From positions 1,674,001 to 1,738,000 of the forward strand of contig CM052820.1 in the NCBI GenBank assembly GCA_028534125.1: a stretch of 64,000 bases of DNA, read 5' to 3'. Position 1 is the first letter of the stretch. Each line of letters opens with the position of its first letter. Shown one piece after another: positions 51,070 to 64,000 of the stretch. The notes under the pieces are model-generated. The model had not been told where the DNA came from. It did not search any database and saw only the letters and a program-made list of their open reading frames with translations. The stretch is from Lama glama (lineage: Eukaryota). The translations under genes and the position numbers were made by a program.

Positions 51070-53739
51070 TGAGGTGCTGGCTCCCCTCCCGAGGCATTCA
51101 CAGGACCAGGCTCAGGCCCGGGCAGGGCCTGCCCCGCTGTGACCTAGCTCTTCCTCTGCGAGCGCGCCCTCAGCGTGCACCTGTGGAGACTGACTTCCCG
51201 TCTCTGCATCGGGAGGAATGGGCGCTGGGGCTCCTCAGAGCTGGTTCTTGCAGCCAGAGGTGGCATCTTCCAGGCTGTCTGTGTGCCTTCCGGCTGCAGT
51301 GTCTCCGTCTTGTGCTTTAAATAAGAAACAGGAATTTGCCCCGGGTCCTGATGGTAAGAAGTGAGGGAGGCCAAGGCGAGGTGTCACCAGGTGTCACGTT
51401 AGAGAAAAGCGGGCGCTCGATTCTGAAGGTTCCTAATCTCTTAACTTTTCTCCCAAGAAACCTTCTGTGACATAATGAGAAACAGAAATAAACACCCTCC
51501 TGTTTTGACATAAAGCTCAGGAGGCATCTCCCCGGGCATCCCGCTTCCTCTGCGTTCCGCTGGCGTCAGAGTCGAGCTGCAGGGAAATTTTTTACAACAT
51601 GGCGTTTGCTTTTGTCATCAAATGGTGATCGACTTTGATCTGGGCCAGACTGAAGGGATTCCTGCAGCCAAAGACAGGGGCTCTGGGCGCAAGTTTCTGC
51701 CTGTTGGAGACAGAGCTCCCTCCTGTCCCCGAGGGGCAAGTGGCCCGAGGGCTCCCCGGCCTGAGCGCGGGCACTGGAGGCCCCGTGAGGGCCGAAGCGT
51801 GCCAGACCTCCTGTCTCTGGTAGAAACGCCATCCCTGCATGTGGCCCTGGAGCCCCGTGCCGTTCCTGGGGACCGCTCTCCCTCCCTCTTGAACTCCATG
51901 TTCTTGTTGTCCTGCTGTGTCTAAGTACAAAGCACGCACGTGCAGGCGTGTGTGCACCTGTGTCTGTGGGTGATGTGCGCGTGGCTGTGACTCCATCAGT
52001 GGACACGCCCGTGGCAGTTTGGCCGTGGACTCTTCTGCATGCTCTGTGGGGGCCTGCAGAGGTCACGGGACCCTCGCAGCCTCTGCTTCCTCATCTCGAA
52101 ACCCAACCCTGGTCCCCAGCCTCAGGGGACACCTGGGTCTGTCACGTGAAGGCCTGGACTCGAGTGTGGCTCCCCGACGTGAGGCCCCTCCCCCGGGCTC
52201 TCAGCCCCCAGAAGCGGCGGCTCCGACGCGGTCAGCGACCAGACGGTGGCACTGGTCTGCGCTAAGCGGCGTCCATCCCCTCCTTAGGAGACCTGCCTGG
52301 TCTCCACCTGAACCACTGTTTCCTCCCATCTCTGGTTTAATTGTGTCATTTCTTCTTCCTCTGGATCAGATATACTGTAGTTTTGACATTTGCCCTCATT
52401 TTTTAAGGGGGAGGGGCTCCCCCAGACTGACACCACACCTGAAATCTGCTCGTGAACACAGGCAAACATCAGCTTCAGGAAATCTGGCACCACTGTCACT
52501 GGTCGGGGTTGTCACTGCCTGTCCCCGGGAGGCCCTCGGGCCACCAGCACTGTGTCACGTCCCCCCGAGAGCCGGCCTTCTTCGGGGCTTCCTGGGAGAT
52601 GACGTGTCCGGGCGCCTGCCGTGGGAGGCGTGGGCAGTCCTCCAGTGAGCCCTGGGGCCCCGGGGCCGGGCCGGGGCTGGGGCTGGGGGAGGGTCCCAGC
52701 ACGGCTGATTCTGGTGTCGGCAGATAAGGTGGACTTTCTCTGAACTGACTTAAAGTGATCAAAATGGGTGGTTCTCTCCTCCTGCAGGCCACTTCTTTCT
52801 TTCGGGCCAGGTTCCAGCTGAATTGGCCCCCGGGTCCTGTCTCGGGGGGCCCTGGGCCTCTGATCACGGGTCCCCGGGCTGCCGCCCCTCACCCCGACTC
52901 CCTCCCGCCTTTTAGACAAAGCTTTCACTCCGAGTCGCTGCTGACGCTCCGTTTTAATCTTTTGCCAAGTGCGTACATGATGATGCTCTATCAAATGAAA
53001 GCTGAAACAGCCTCTTTGAAAAGGAAAATTGTTTCAGGGTCCTTTTTTTCATTATTGATTTTAATGTAAAGTAGCACTTTGAAGTTTACAGCTTACGGTT
53101 CCCTGGGCATCGATCGGTGGGGGAAGGAGGGTCAGGACCCATTTTCCTGCCTCCGGGAACCGCTCCCCCCGCCCGGGACGACGCACGCCTTCAAGGCAGC
53201 ACCTTGTGCTCAGACCCATGCCTGCCTCGTTGCATTTCAGGAAATCAGGCCAAGATGAAGAAGAGATAAGAAAACCGCCCCTAATGAAACCCAGACGCAG
53301 CGGCACTTTCTCCTGGGCTCGGAGGCTTGTCGGGGAAGAGGGGGCCTTAACTCAAACCAGCCGGGCCTCTGCTTTGAAGTCTGCTGCGCAGGGCGAGGCC
53401 TTCCCGCAGGCCGGAGATACTGGTGCACGTTCCTTAACCCCTCGCTCACCTGCCTCCTGGCGACTGAGCAGGTCACCGACAGCGCAGCAGAGGCCACTGG
53501 GACCCTCTGTGCCTTGGGCCCAGTGCGGAGTAAATGCGGTATCACAGAGGTGATGAGAGTTGTCAGGGAGGCCGGGTGCCCGAGGTGGTAACTCTAATCT
53601 CTTCGTGAGTTGAGAATTGCTTTTAAATTGAGCAGCTGGGGAGATGCACTGCATTTATGCCAGCTTCAAACACGGCAGGGAGCGTGAGGCTCTTGATATT
53701 TCCATGAAGTGTGTTTTGGGCTTTTTGCTTTAACATTTA

Positions 53740-53830
53740 AATTTTTTTTGTTGTGCTGAAATATGCCTAAAACGTACGGCTTTAACCACGTGTGAGTGTA
53801 CAGTTTGGCGGGGCTGCCTGCGGTCACAGG
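53740..53830 (-). mobile_element. Short L1MB-like 3' end fragment
   Basis: 'ttttttttgttgtgctgaaatatgcc...tttaaccacgtgtgagtgtacagtttggcgg' resembles the antisense L1MB terminus as recalled. Confidence 0.5.
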
Positions 53831-54519
53831 GGCGCACGTGTTCCAGAAAGGCTGCGCTGAGCGGCCCAGCGCTCACCGCTGTGGAGCCGCTGACCCACAC
53901 CCTGGGCCCCACCGACTGGAGGCAGCTGTGTCTCTTTAAGGGCATACACACCTTCTCCTGTGCGGAAGTTTTATCTGAAGACGTTGTACAGTGTGTCTTA
54001 GCAAAAATTAGAAGCTGAAGCCTCCGGGTTTAGCAGACCCGTGTTCAGCCGTCTGCCCCGTCCCTGTGTGCAAGGTGGGCACGTGGGGCTTGCGCTCCGG
54101 GTGGCCGGGCCGCGAGCAGGTGGCTGTCGCTCCTGGGGCCGGTCTGCGAGGTTGGCTCAGGGCTCGGGCACCTGCTCTCCTGGTGAGGAGGCCTCCTGGC
54201 TGAGTCCTGGAGGAAGAGCCGCACAGGGTGTCAGGTAAGACGATGCGCTTGCAGGAGCGGCCTGAGGGAGGAGCCCGCCTGTCGCTGGCCGCCCCGCAGA
54301 GCTCGGTGTGACGTGTCGAGGGCCTGGCCTGTGCGCTTGACAGTCCAGCGACAGGCTTGGTTCCGGGAGGGGTGGGCTTCAACCAGGAAGGATGACTGCG
54401 CCCGGCCAGGGCCGGGAATAGGGTGGGGGGCCCGTTTCAGGATGTGCTGGAGTGAGATAAGATTGAGGGTGGGGGTCCAGTGAGATCTCAAGATGCTGGC
54501 CTGGGAGGAGGGTGGGTGT

Positions 54520-54760
54520 ACCCAGGGAAGAGCCAGGAGGTGGGGTTTCAGGTTTAGCTGGAGGACGGTGCAGCTCAGGACACCAGCATTAGCAGATTTT
54601 CAGGCAAAAACTAGAAAGTGTCCCCGATTTGGCAGCTGGGAGGCCACTGGTGACTCGGAAAGGACAGTTGAGGTTGGGTCAGAATGTTCTGTGCTGGGGA
54701 GAGAGCAGGACGTGGGGACAGGGGACAGACAGCATGCCTGCTCTTCTGAAGACTGGGGGA
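54520..54760 (-). mobile_element. LINE-2 remnant
   Basis: 'gaaagtgtccccgatttggcagctgggaggccactggtgactcggaaaggacagtt' resembles antisense L2. Confidence 0.55.
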
Positions 54761-57240
54761 GGGGGAGGGGGTGGGCAGGAGAGGACCTGGGGCCCACGGG
54801 GTGCTGAGGCTTCTCAAACCAGAGGAAGGGGGCAGGCAGGGGAGTCCTGGGAGGCTGGGTCGCCCCCTCATCAAGGTCAAGAAAGAGCCGCTGGGCCCAG
54901 CCCTGCAGAGACCCGCGCCTCAGGCTGGTGGTGGGTCCTCTGGCATTTACTCCCCAGGTGCATAAAGGGAAGGGGTGCCATGTGCTGGGAGGACAAGGGG
55001 CACTGAGGCGGGAAAGCTGCTCAGTCCATGTGTGAAGGCCCGACAGCCGTGGAGGGCGGGGGTGTGATGGGCCGGGGGGAGCAGTGCATGGGCACGAGGC
55101 CTCCTGGGGTGATGACCGCAGGGCGAGGAGCCGGCAGGGCCAGCGTGACAGCTACAGGAGCACAGGGAGGGAGGAGTGGATTAGCATCGGGAGTAGCCAC
55201 GTGCCCACAGCGTGCCCCCCTGGAGGCTGCCGGGGAGAGGGAGGGCCGTCCCCAGCTTGCCCGGTGAAGTCAGCTGGAAGCACTCGGGGCAGCGGCTCTG
55301 AAGCGGGGAAGGGGCTGTGGGTGCAGAGCAGCCGGGCAGCGGGGGCAGGAGCGGGGCTGGCCTGGCTTCTTTCAGGGAGGAAGGACTTGAGCCTGGCTGT
55401 AGCATCACCATCGTGGCAGCCAGGCTGGGACAGCTGAGTCTCTACCATCTGCATCTCTGTTTGATTCTAACTCTCGGCCAAGTTCACACACTGGACGAGC
55501 AGGCGCCCCAGCCTCTGACCGGGCAATTCTGGTGGAGGCGTGGGTTTTGGCGGCTCTCTTGCAAGGATGCAGGGACTCCGGAAGCACGGATGCTCAGAGG
55601 CCATGCCCACCGCGCGGGTGTGAGATGATTCCGGAATCCCTTCCTGGCCCTTAGAGCGAGAACTTGCGCAGCACACGACGGAAGGGATTTCTCGGTTATC
55701 AACATGCCAGTTGTTGAAGTTGTGGGGTCAGGTATCCTGGGCGACGCCACCGTGGAGCTGGGTCTGCTGATTCAGGTGTGGCAGCAGCGGGGCCCGTCGG
55801 CCAGCACCGCCGGCTCGCAGGGACCGGCGCAGATGTCGAACTGCTAGACTTGCTGAACACTGCCGCGAGGGACGAGTGCGAGGGGGCAGCGCCCGGCCTG
55901 TGAGCGTCCCGGTGCCGCGTGGAAGTGGGGTTTGCGGGCCGTTTGTGTGGACGGTGCTCTGGGGCAGTTGGGGGCAGCAGGGAGCCAGGGCAGCGTGTCA
56001 GGCCTGACCTGGCTCCCGTGGAGGCTCTGGCGCTGTGCCCAAGTCCCCCACGCCCTCCGGCACCGGTGGGCGCAGCCCCCAGAAGACGGCGCCTTGTCTG
56101 CTGGCTGTGCCAGGCCGCGTGCCCCAGGCTGGTGTTGACCGTGAGCTTGGTGGGTTTGTGTGGGGCCCTGTCGGGGGTGAACCTGGTTGGGCTCAGTTCT
56201 TTTTAGAGACTGGAACCCACTGTTGACTCAGTTGTTGTCTGTAGATTCCATTGCGGGATTTGGAGATGGTGCGTTTGTGCACCCCGTAATCCGATGTTAT
56301 ACGGCAGCTTATAAAGACACGATTCTGTGAGCTCTGAGTACCTGGTCGCACCAAGGGCACTGCTTCTTTCACAGAGTGGCCAGTGGACTGAGTGGGAGTC
56401 CCAGGTCAGCAAGTTACACCTGTCTACACCCGTCCGCTCGCCTGCACCTCCCCGGACGCCCAGCCCAGCTTTCCCTCCTGGAAGCCTGGCCGCAGGTGCG
56501 GCTGGCCAGCAAGCTCCCAGGACTGAGGGAGGGCCGGAGCGGTGTCAGGAACAAAGCACAGAAGCTGGTCCTGTGGCGGCCCAGAGGTCTGGGCCGTGTC
56601 CCCAGGGTCTTGTGGGACAGCAGGGGAGCCCCGGCCACCTGTGCCACCTGAGCTCACCGGCCCTGCCCCTCAGGGCTGCACCCAGGCTGCTGGTGCCTGG
56701 AACCGTCCCCTCACCCCTTCCCACGCTGGGGCACACCTGGCCGCTCCTCCCCCGGAGGCCTGCCGGTTCCCCTCCATCTGAGCGGACAGTGATGCTCTGC
56801 CACCTTGGGAAGCTCCCAGCCTGCCCCTCTCTGCCCGTGGGGTGCCCTGCAGAAGGTCACGGGGGACACCGTAGACACTCACCTTACAGCAGTGGGTTGA
56901 GAGGAGGCTCCAGCCAATATTCAGATCTTACTTTCAAAGACTAAGTTGTTCATTACAGTTTGATTCTAGAGGTAAAACCTAAGTCCTGTTTCCCATTTTC
57001 CTCGCAGCATCCATTAAGTAGTGATGTTCTGACACCTGCCCTCCCACACGAGGGTCCCGGGTGAGGTGATGGTGCGGGTCCCAGAGACAGGCGGCCAGGC
57101 TGTCAGGAGCGCCACGTCCAGCCCTCGTCTTCCGTCGAGGAGGGTGACCTCTCTCAGGGCTCCAGGCACAGGGAACTTGGGGCTGGAGGCCCACTCGGCA
57201 CAGCCTGGCTCTCAGCACTGTTTCAGGTCTTGTTCGCTTT

Positions 57241-57500
57241 NNNNNNNNNNNNNNNNNNNNNNNNNNNNNNNNNNNNNNNNNNNNNNNNNNNNNNNNNNNN
57301 NNNNNNNNNNNNNNNNNNNNNNNNNNNNNNNNNNNNNNNNCCCCCCNNNNNNNNNNNNNNNNNNNNNNNNNNNNNNNNNNNNNNNNNNNNNNNNNNNNNN
57401 NNNNNNNNNNNNNNNNNNNNNNNNNNNNNNNNNNNNNNNNNNNNNNNNNNNNNNNNNNNNNNNNNNNNNNNNNNNNNNNNNNNNNNNNNNNNNNNNNNNN
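57241..57500. other. Double assembly gap (100 N and 154 N) separated by a 6-bp CCCCCC island at 57341-57346
   Basis: N runs. Confidence 0.98.
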
Positions 57501-58942
57501 TCATGCTCTTCGTTCTGTTGTGATTGGCTCTGGGACGATGCCACACACCAAGCACAGACTCCAGGGACCCTCTTGGTATTAACTCCCTCTAATGATGATT
57601 TTAGCAGGGCTGTTTTTTTAATTTCGTGGGGGATTAGAAATGAAACAGCTCAGCAGTACTTCAAAGCCCAGGGCTGAAGCCCCCACACGCACTTGCTTCA
57701 GAACGAGCCGGTGTCTGAGAAAACGTCTGTGGTTTTCATTGAAAAAACATCCTGGCTTTAAAACCCGTATCATGACCGTGGTCGAAACTAGTATCCCGCC
57801 CAAAGACAAAGTTTATGTGATGAGAACTTCATTAAAATAATTGAAAGCCCGTCTCCCTGGAACGTTGGAGGCACGTGTGGAGGGCCCCGTTGGGCCCTGG
57901 GGGTCTCCACGGAGGGGCAGTGGCCTGTGCCTGTGGGGAGACGCCACGTCTGCTGGCCGCGGGGACGGATGCGGGCAGCTGTCCCTGGCTTCCGAGGGGC
58001 CCTCTCCCCCTGCCAGCCTAGACTGAGAATGGCCCCTGCCACCCCCGTGGTGTGGCCGTCCGCACAGACGCCGGCGCGCGTCTGAAGCAGAGGCTTTGTG
58101 TGAAAGGCGTCACTCTCCGCGTTGCACTCACCGATTCCGTGACCTCTGTGGCAGCATCCATCCCGGTGGCACAAAGATATGTGAGAATCTGGGGCTGGTG
58201 TCTTAGGTCGAAGGACTTTACCAGCGTTGTAACAGCACGAGTCTGGAGCGGGGTTGGCAAAATGACCCACGGCCAGGTCCCCTGTGTGGTCCTAAGTAAA
58301 GTTTTGTTGGGACGCAGCCCCACCAACATGCTCGCCTGCCTTGGAGGCTGCTTTCCTGTGACAAGGGCAGTGTCGAGTGGTAGCAGCAGGACCACATGAC
58401 CAGAAGGCGGAAATATTTCATTGCCGTCTGGCCCTTGGCAGGAAGCACCTTCCAACCCGTGGTCTGGAGTCACAGGCCATGCTCCTGGGCCCCCGACGGC
58501 TGGTCCACGAGGCGCTGACCTGGGTCCTTGGAGCTGCTTTCATCAGCCTGTGGAGAGGCCGTTCTCGGGGGAAGTGTGAATGGGGCACAGCCCCAGAAGG
58601 AAGGAAAGGAGAAGCGGGAAGGTTTTGAAAGGCCAGCCTGGTCTCCTGTGACTCGAGTTCCAGAGGGGGGACTCCCGGCTGGTGAAGTGCCAGCTGTGAA
58701 GTTGATGTGTTTTGGTGACAGACTTCCCGGCACCGGCCTCTCCCCGCAGGGCAGACAGGTGTTTCAGCGCCGGGCGGCACGTGCTCCCTGGAGCTGGGCC
58801 GGGCATGCCGGCTGCCCCAAGGGCCCTGCGGGTAAGGGCAGCCGGATCTCCCCCTGCATGTGGCTCTCTGGGGTTTTCAGCACTTCCACCGCCTGAAACC
58901 AGAGGGATTTGCAACGGGACTGCCATCCAGAACGGTCCCTGG

Positions 58943-59613
58943 GAAATAGATTCACTCTGTGACCCAGCAGTCCTACTCCTGGGCATATATCCAGGGAGAA
59001 CTCTAACTCAAAAAGATAGAAGCACCCCCATGTNNNNNNNNNNNNNNNNNNNNNNNNNNNNNNNNNNNNNNNNNNNNNNNNNNNNNNNNNNNNNNNNNNN
59101 NNNNNNNNNNNNNNNNNNNNNNNNNNNNNNNNNNNNNNNNNNNNNNNNNNNNNNNNNNNNNNNNNNNNNNNNNNNNNGTGGTTGGAACTGGAGATCGTTA
59201 TTCTAAGCGAAGTAGGCCAGAAAGAGAAAGAAAAATACCATACGATACTACTTATATGTGGAATCTTAAAAAAAAAGAGAAAGGACATAAATGAACTTAT
59301 TTCCCAAACAGAGACAGACTCACAGACATAGAAAACAAACTTACGGTTGCCAGGGGGAGAAGGGGGTAGAGTGGGTAAATTGGGAGTTTGGGATTAACAG
59401 ATACACACTACTATGTATAAAATAGATAAACAACAAGGTCCTACTGTACAGCACAGGGAGCTACAATTGTTAATGACCTATAATGAAAAAATATGAAAAG
59501 GAATATATATATACACATACACACACACATATATAACAGAATCACTATGCTGTACACCAAAAATTAGCATATCATTGTAAACTGACTTTACTTCAACTAA
59601 AAAAAAAGAAAAA
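58943..59613 (+). mobile_element. 5'-truncated LINE-1 (ORF2 C-terminus, 3' UTR, A-tail), cetartiodactyl/camelid-like, with an internal 144-N gap (59034-59177)
   Basis: Encodes DPAVLLLGIYP, an L1 ORF2 C-terminal motif. It has a typical 3' UTR ('acagactcacagacatagaaaacaaactta', 'gggagtttgggattaacagatacacactac') and an A-tail. Candidate target-site duplication at 58928-58942 / 59614-59628. Confidence 0.9.
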
Positions 59614-60820
59614 CAGAACGATTCCTGAATAGAATAACGTTTAACCTTGCGCATTTTGTTTCTTTGGCCAAAGTTGTTGCCTTACGGGGTTGACTTCGCT
59701 GACTGAAGTGGCGATCCCATTTAGGGAAAGGTGAACGGGAGACGGGGGGCTGTTCAGGGCCATCTCCGCCCCCCGTGGCCGTGGCATTCTCCAGAGATTT
59801 GCGTGTGCGGAGGGAGGTGACCTCGGATGTGGTTCTCGGGCCTGGGGCCATGGAACAGCCCGTGGGTCCTGCAGCTCTGAGATGCAGGCACAGGGCTTTA
59901 CAACCACAGCGTGAACCCTGGCCTCCCTCCGCCGGGGATGGAGAGGTGGGCCTGCGGAGGCTGATGGCATGGGCCGCACGCACCCCTCGCTCCGCCTGCC
60001 GTGGAGCCCAGGCCCCGGCGCTGTGACCTGCCTGCCTCGGGCAGGAAGGAGACCGGAGGCCAGGGTGCTTTTCCAAATCAAATAAAGCAAGCTGAGATGA
60101 CAGGGGCAAGCGCTCGACTTGCTGTTGTGGCGCGTCTCCCGTCCCACGCGCAGCGTGTTTGCAGGACGCGCTGGGCGGGTCGGGCTAAGGACTTCTTCCT
60201 GTTCTTCAGGTGGACCCTCCCTTGTTTCCCGAGCGCAGCTTAACTGCTGAAGTTCTCAGCGGGTGCTTATGTTTCTGACCAGTCATTTCTCTTAAATTCA
60301 ATTATCAGATTTTCTCCTTAAAGATCGTAAGCATCCAGTTTCTTTTTAATTAACCTGATGCACCCCCCCTGGCACGTGAGGGTGTGGGTCGCTCGGTCAG
60401 TCCTTGCTGACAGCGTGGCTCTCCCCTTCTCACCCGCACACGGCTCTGCGTCCCTGGTTCTGGGGCAGTGACCGCGCCACCTTGAATCAGGGCCGGCCCC
60501 TGAACGTGAGCAGAGGATGCACCCAGTCTCCCCCCGCAGGAGGGAGATGGAGGGGCGGGAGGACCCCACGCAGCCTGGCAGCTGGCGCCCCCCCGCTGCC
60601 CACACGAGGTAGCGTGGCTGGGGCCCTGGAGATTGCAGACCACTTCCAGAATAGGCCAGGACAGCCTCCTGGAACCCCAGCTGTTCTGTGGCTCACACCC
60701 AGTCTGTGTCCTGCGCTTGCGTGTGGGTTTGGGTTTTTAAGGTCCCGTAATGTGAGCCTCGATCACACCTGTGTGGTCTTCCTTCCAAGTGCAGCTCCCG
60801 TGCAGAGCCACAGCCCCTGA

Positions 60821-61309
<489 letters not shown>

Positions 61310-62559
61310 TAAAACCCGTGCAGAGGGAAATAGCCAACAGCAGGTTTGCTTCAGAGCTGGAGGCGAGAGGAGGGCCCTTGCTTCTGCTCTGTCACAGCGA
61401 AGCATGAAGGACTGAAAGCCCCCTGGCATCCAGGCTCGAGTCCACAGGAAGGCCCAGACGCCCCCAGCCCCCACCCACCATGCTGCCCAGCATCCTGGGT
61501 GTTGCAACGGTCCAGGTGCTTGGGACCCTCCCAGCACGTGGCCCTGGTGACTTGTGCGAGGCCCCGGGAGCCCCCTACGTTGGCGTCAGTGCAGACAGCC
61601 AAGGAGAGCCTCTCCCCTGTCTTCACGTGGGGAGAACATGGGCTCCCTGGAGAAGAAAGACAGAGACAGAGGGCAGCCTCAGTGCCCCTCTGCTGGGCCA
61701 CAGGGCTGAGGAAGCCACCGGGCAGAGAGCAGGCGTGTGGCTGTGCCTCCCTGTCGCCGCCCCGTTCTGAGCTGCTTCAGGTGGTCCCCACGGCCGCCGT
61801 AGAGCCAGTGCCACTGTCCCATCAGACAGAAAGGACCCCAAGGCTGGAGGAAGTGACGGCCTCGCCGGTGCCCACAGCTGCCAGGGAGCCAAGCCCGCAC
61901 TGGGCCTGGTCTGCCGACAGCCGGCCTGTGATGGGCCTAATCGGCGTGGCCTGGCTTCCCCGGCTCCCTGATAAACGCCAGGCTGTTCTGGCCGAAGGTG
62001 TGATTATCATGCCCCCCCAGGCGCTCCCTGATGGTGGGGGATGGTGTGGGTGCCGTGGGGGGACTGTGGCTGCTGATGAAAACCAGATGCTCCAGACGGG
62101 GGCGGGCGAGAGGCCCGAGGGGCAGCCGCGGTGCTGGCATGTGTGAGGGAATGTGCCCGGCACATCAGCTGAGCGGAACCCCCAGGCCCTGGGATGGACG
62201 TGGCCCTGCCCAGCAGCTGCAAGGTGGGGGCCCAGCTGCCCTCGGCGGCCCTTCCACCTTCTGGCCTCTGGTCCCAGCAGGAGAGAGCTGAGGGCCCCCC
62301 CGGGTCCCTCCCCGCCCCCAAGCAAGATGATCTGCGGTGGTGTACAATCGAAGCTCCAAAGCCGTAATTCCTGCTTCCAAACAGATCAAAAAGAATTCCA
62401 AACCGAAATTCTTCCATGGATTTTTTACAATCAAACGCGGCTTCGATTATGTGTCTCCGTGTGCCAGCCCAGGGGTCTCTGATGGGCTGTGATGTGAGGC
62501 ACTGCGGACGCTTTGATCCGCTGCCAGGCGTCAGCGCCGTGGCCCAGCCTTGCCCTTGA

Positions 62560-62793
<234 letters not shown>

Positions 62794-64000
62794 TAGCGGG
62801 GCTCTCCGATGCCCGACAGCATTGCTTGGTCGTGACCCAAAGGAGGTGGGAGGAGGGCAGCCCGAACCCCTTCGTCTTGAAAAGGCGGTTCAGCCTCCTG
62901 TGCTTTAAAGGTGGCCACATGTACGTGTGGGTTCTCAGGGTGGCGTCATGATGCCAGCTTGGGGGCTGGGGCCTCGGTTCACAGTAGCTCTCCTGCTGCA
63001 CTGACCTCGGGTGGTGCCCAGGGCTGGAGCTCAGGGTCTGGGCCGGGGAGGGAACTTCGGAGGGTTCAGAGGAGGGAGAGCCACTAGGTGCTTCCGCGTC
63101 CAATGTGCCCTCGGGCCGGGGCTGCTGGTGCTCCCAGCGGAGAGAGCCACCCCAGTGCAGGGGAGACGGGGATGTCCAGCCCACGGAGAACCTAGAGGTC
63201 GGGACTGAAAACCAGTTTGTAGGTTCCATCTTGAATTTCCAAAACATGCTCTTCCTGCAACTTTAAATGCAGCCACGGCCTCCAGATACAGGGCCACATA
63301 CCAACCTTCTGACTCCATCGAAGGAGTGTGGCTGGCTCCCATCCACCCGCAGCATAGCCGTCTCCCATCACGCGCTGTGGCGTCACTGTGTGGGTCCAAG
63401 ACAAGGGCTTCTGGTGCTCAGGCAGCACAGGCCACGGGCCTGGGGTCGTGGCCCAGCCTGCGGCAAGAGGTGCCGGCCCAAGCTCTCCAGGCACAGGGCC
63501 CACGCAGGGACGCTCGGAGGGCCAGGCGCTCTGCTCTCGTGCCTTCCTCTGGACTCGCCGCCCCCGACCCCATCAGACGAAGCGGAGCTCCTCTGGGGTC
63601 GAGAGGGGTGCGGACCCTCTCCAGCTGGCTCAGGGCTCCCCGGTGTCTAGGGCGGTCCTGTGCTCTCTCTGCTCACCCCTCTGCTGGCCACCCCCGAGAG
63701 CTGAGGCACTCTGAGTGACCATGCTGGCACGAGGCTGGAGCACACACAGCTCAGGAGGGACCACAAAAGAGGCCACGCCAGTGTCCAGTCAGGAAGGAGG
63801 GGATGGAGGGTGGGGCGGCTGAGGGCTACGGATCCAGGAGGCGCTGGGCTCCCCAACTCCTCCGACTCCTCTGTCAGGAGACACGGGCCAGGAGGCCCAG
63901 CAGCCCCATGAAAGGCTGAGTCAGGAGTCCGCCAGGTCTGGCGCCAGGCTGCCTGCTGCCCGGGGGGCACCTGTAAGGCCTGCCTCACATGCCGTGGGGC

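Overview
This is GC-rich mammalian genomic DNA covering the middle and 3' part of HDAC4, a class IIa histone deacetylase gene. The L1 3' ends look cetartiodactyl, probably camelid; that species call is an inference. I delimited 17 coding exons by GT-AG boundaries, translation and phase continuity; exon numbers follow the human gene as I recall it. Exons 10-24 lie on the + strand (17667-62718) and splice into one uninterrupted 670-codon frame (675 with an alternative acceptor). Exons 6 and 7 lie on the - strand, left of a 500-N gap (13411-13910), and I could not find exons 8-9. The left block is therefore inverted relative to the rest of the gene, most likely a scaffolding error. The remainder is intron containing decayed L1, L2, MaLR and hAT fragments, simple repeats, further N gaps and AT-rich islands that may be enhancers. 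Strong AT-to-GC drift is visible in repeats and apparently in exon 12. I found no evidence of a new multi-gene system. Nearly all ORFs in the six-frame track are by-products of high GC content.
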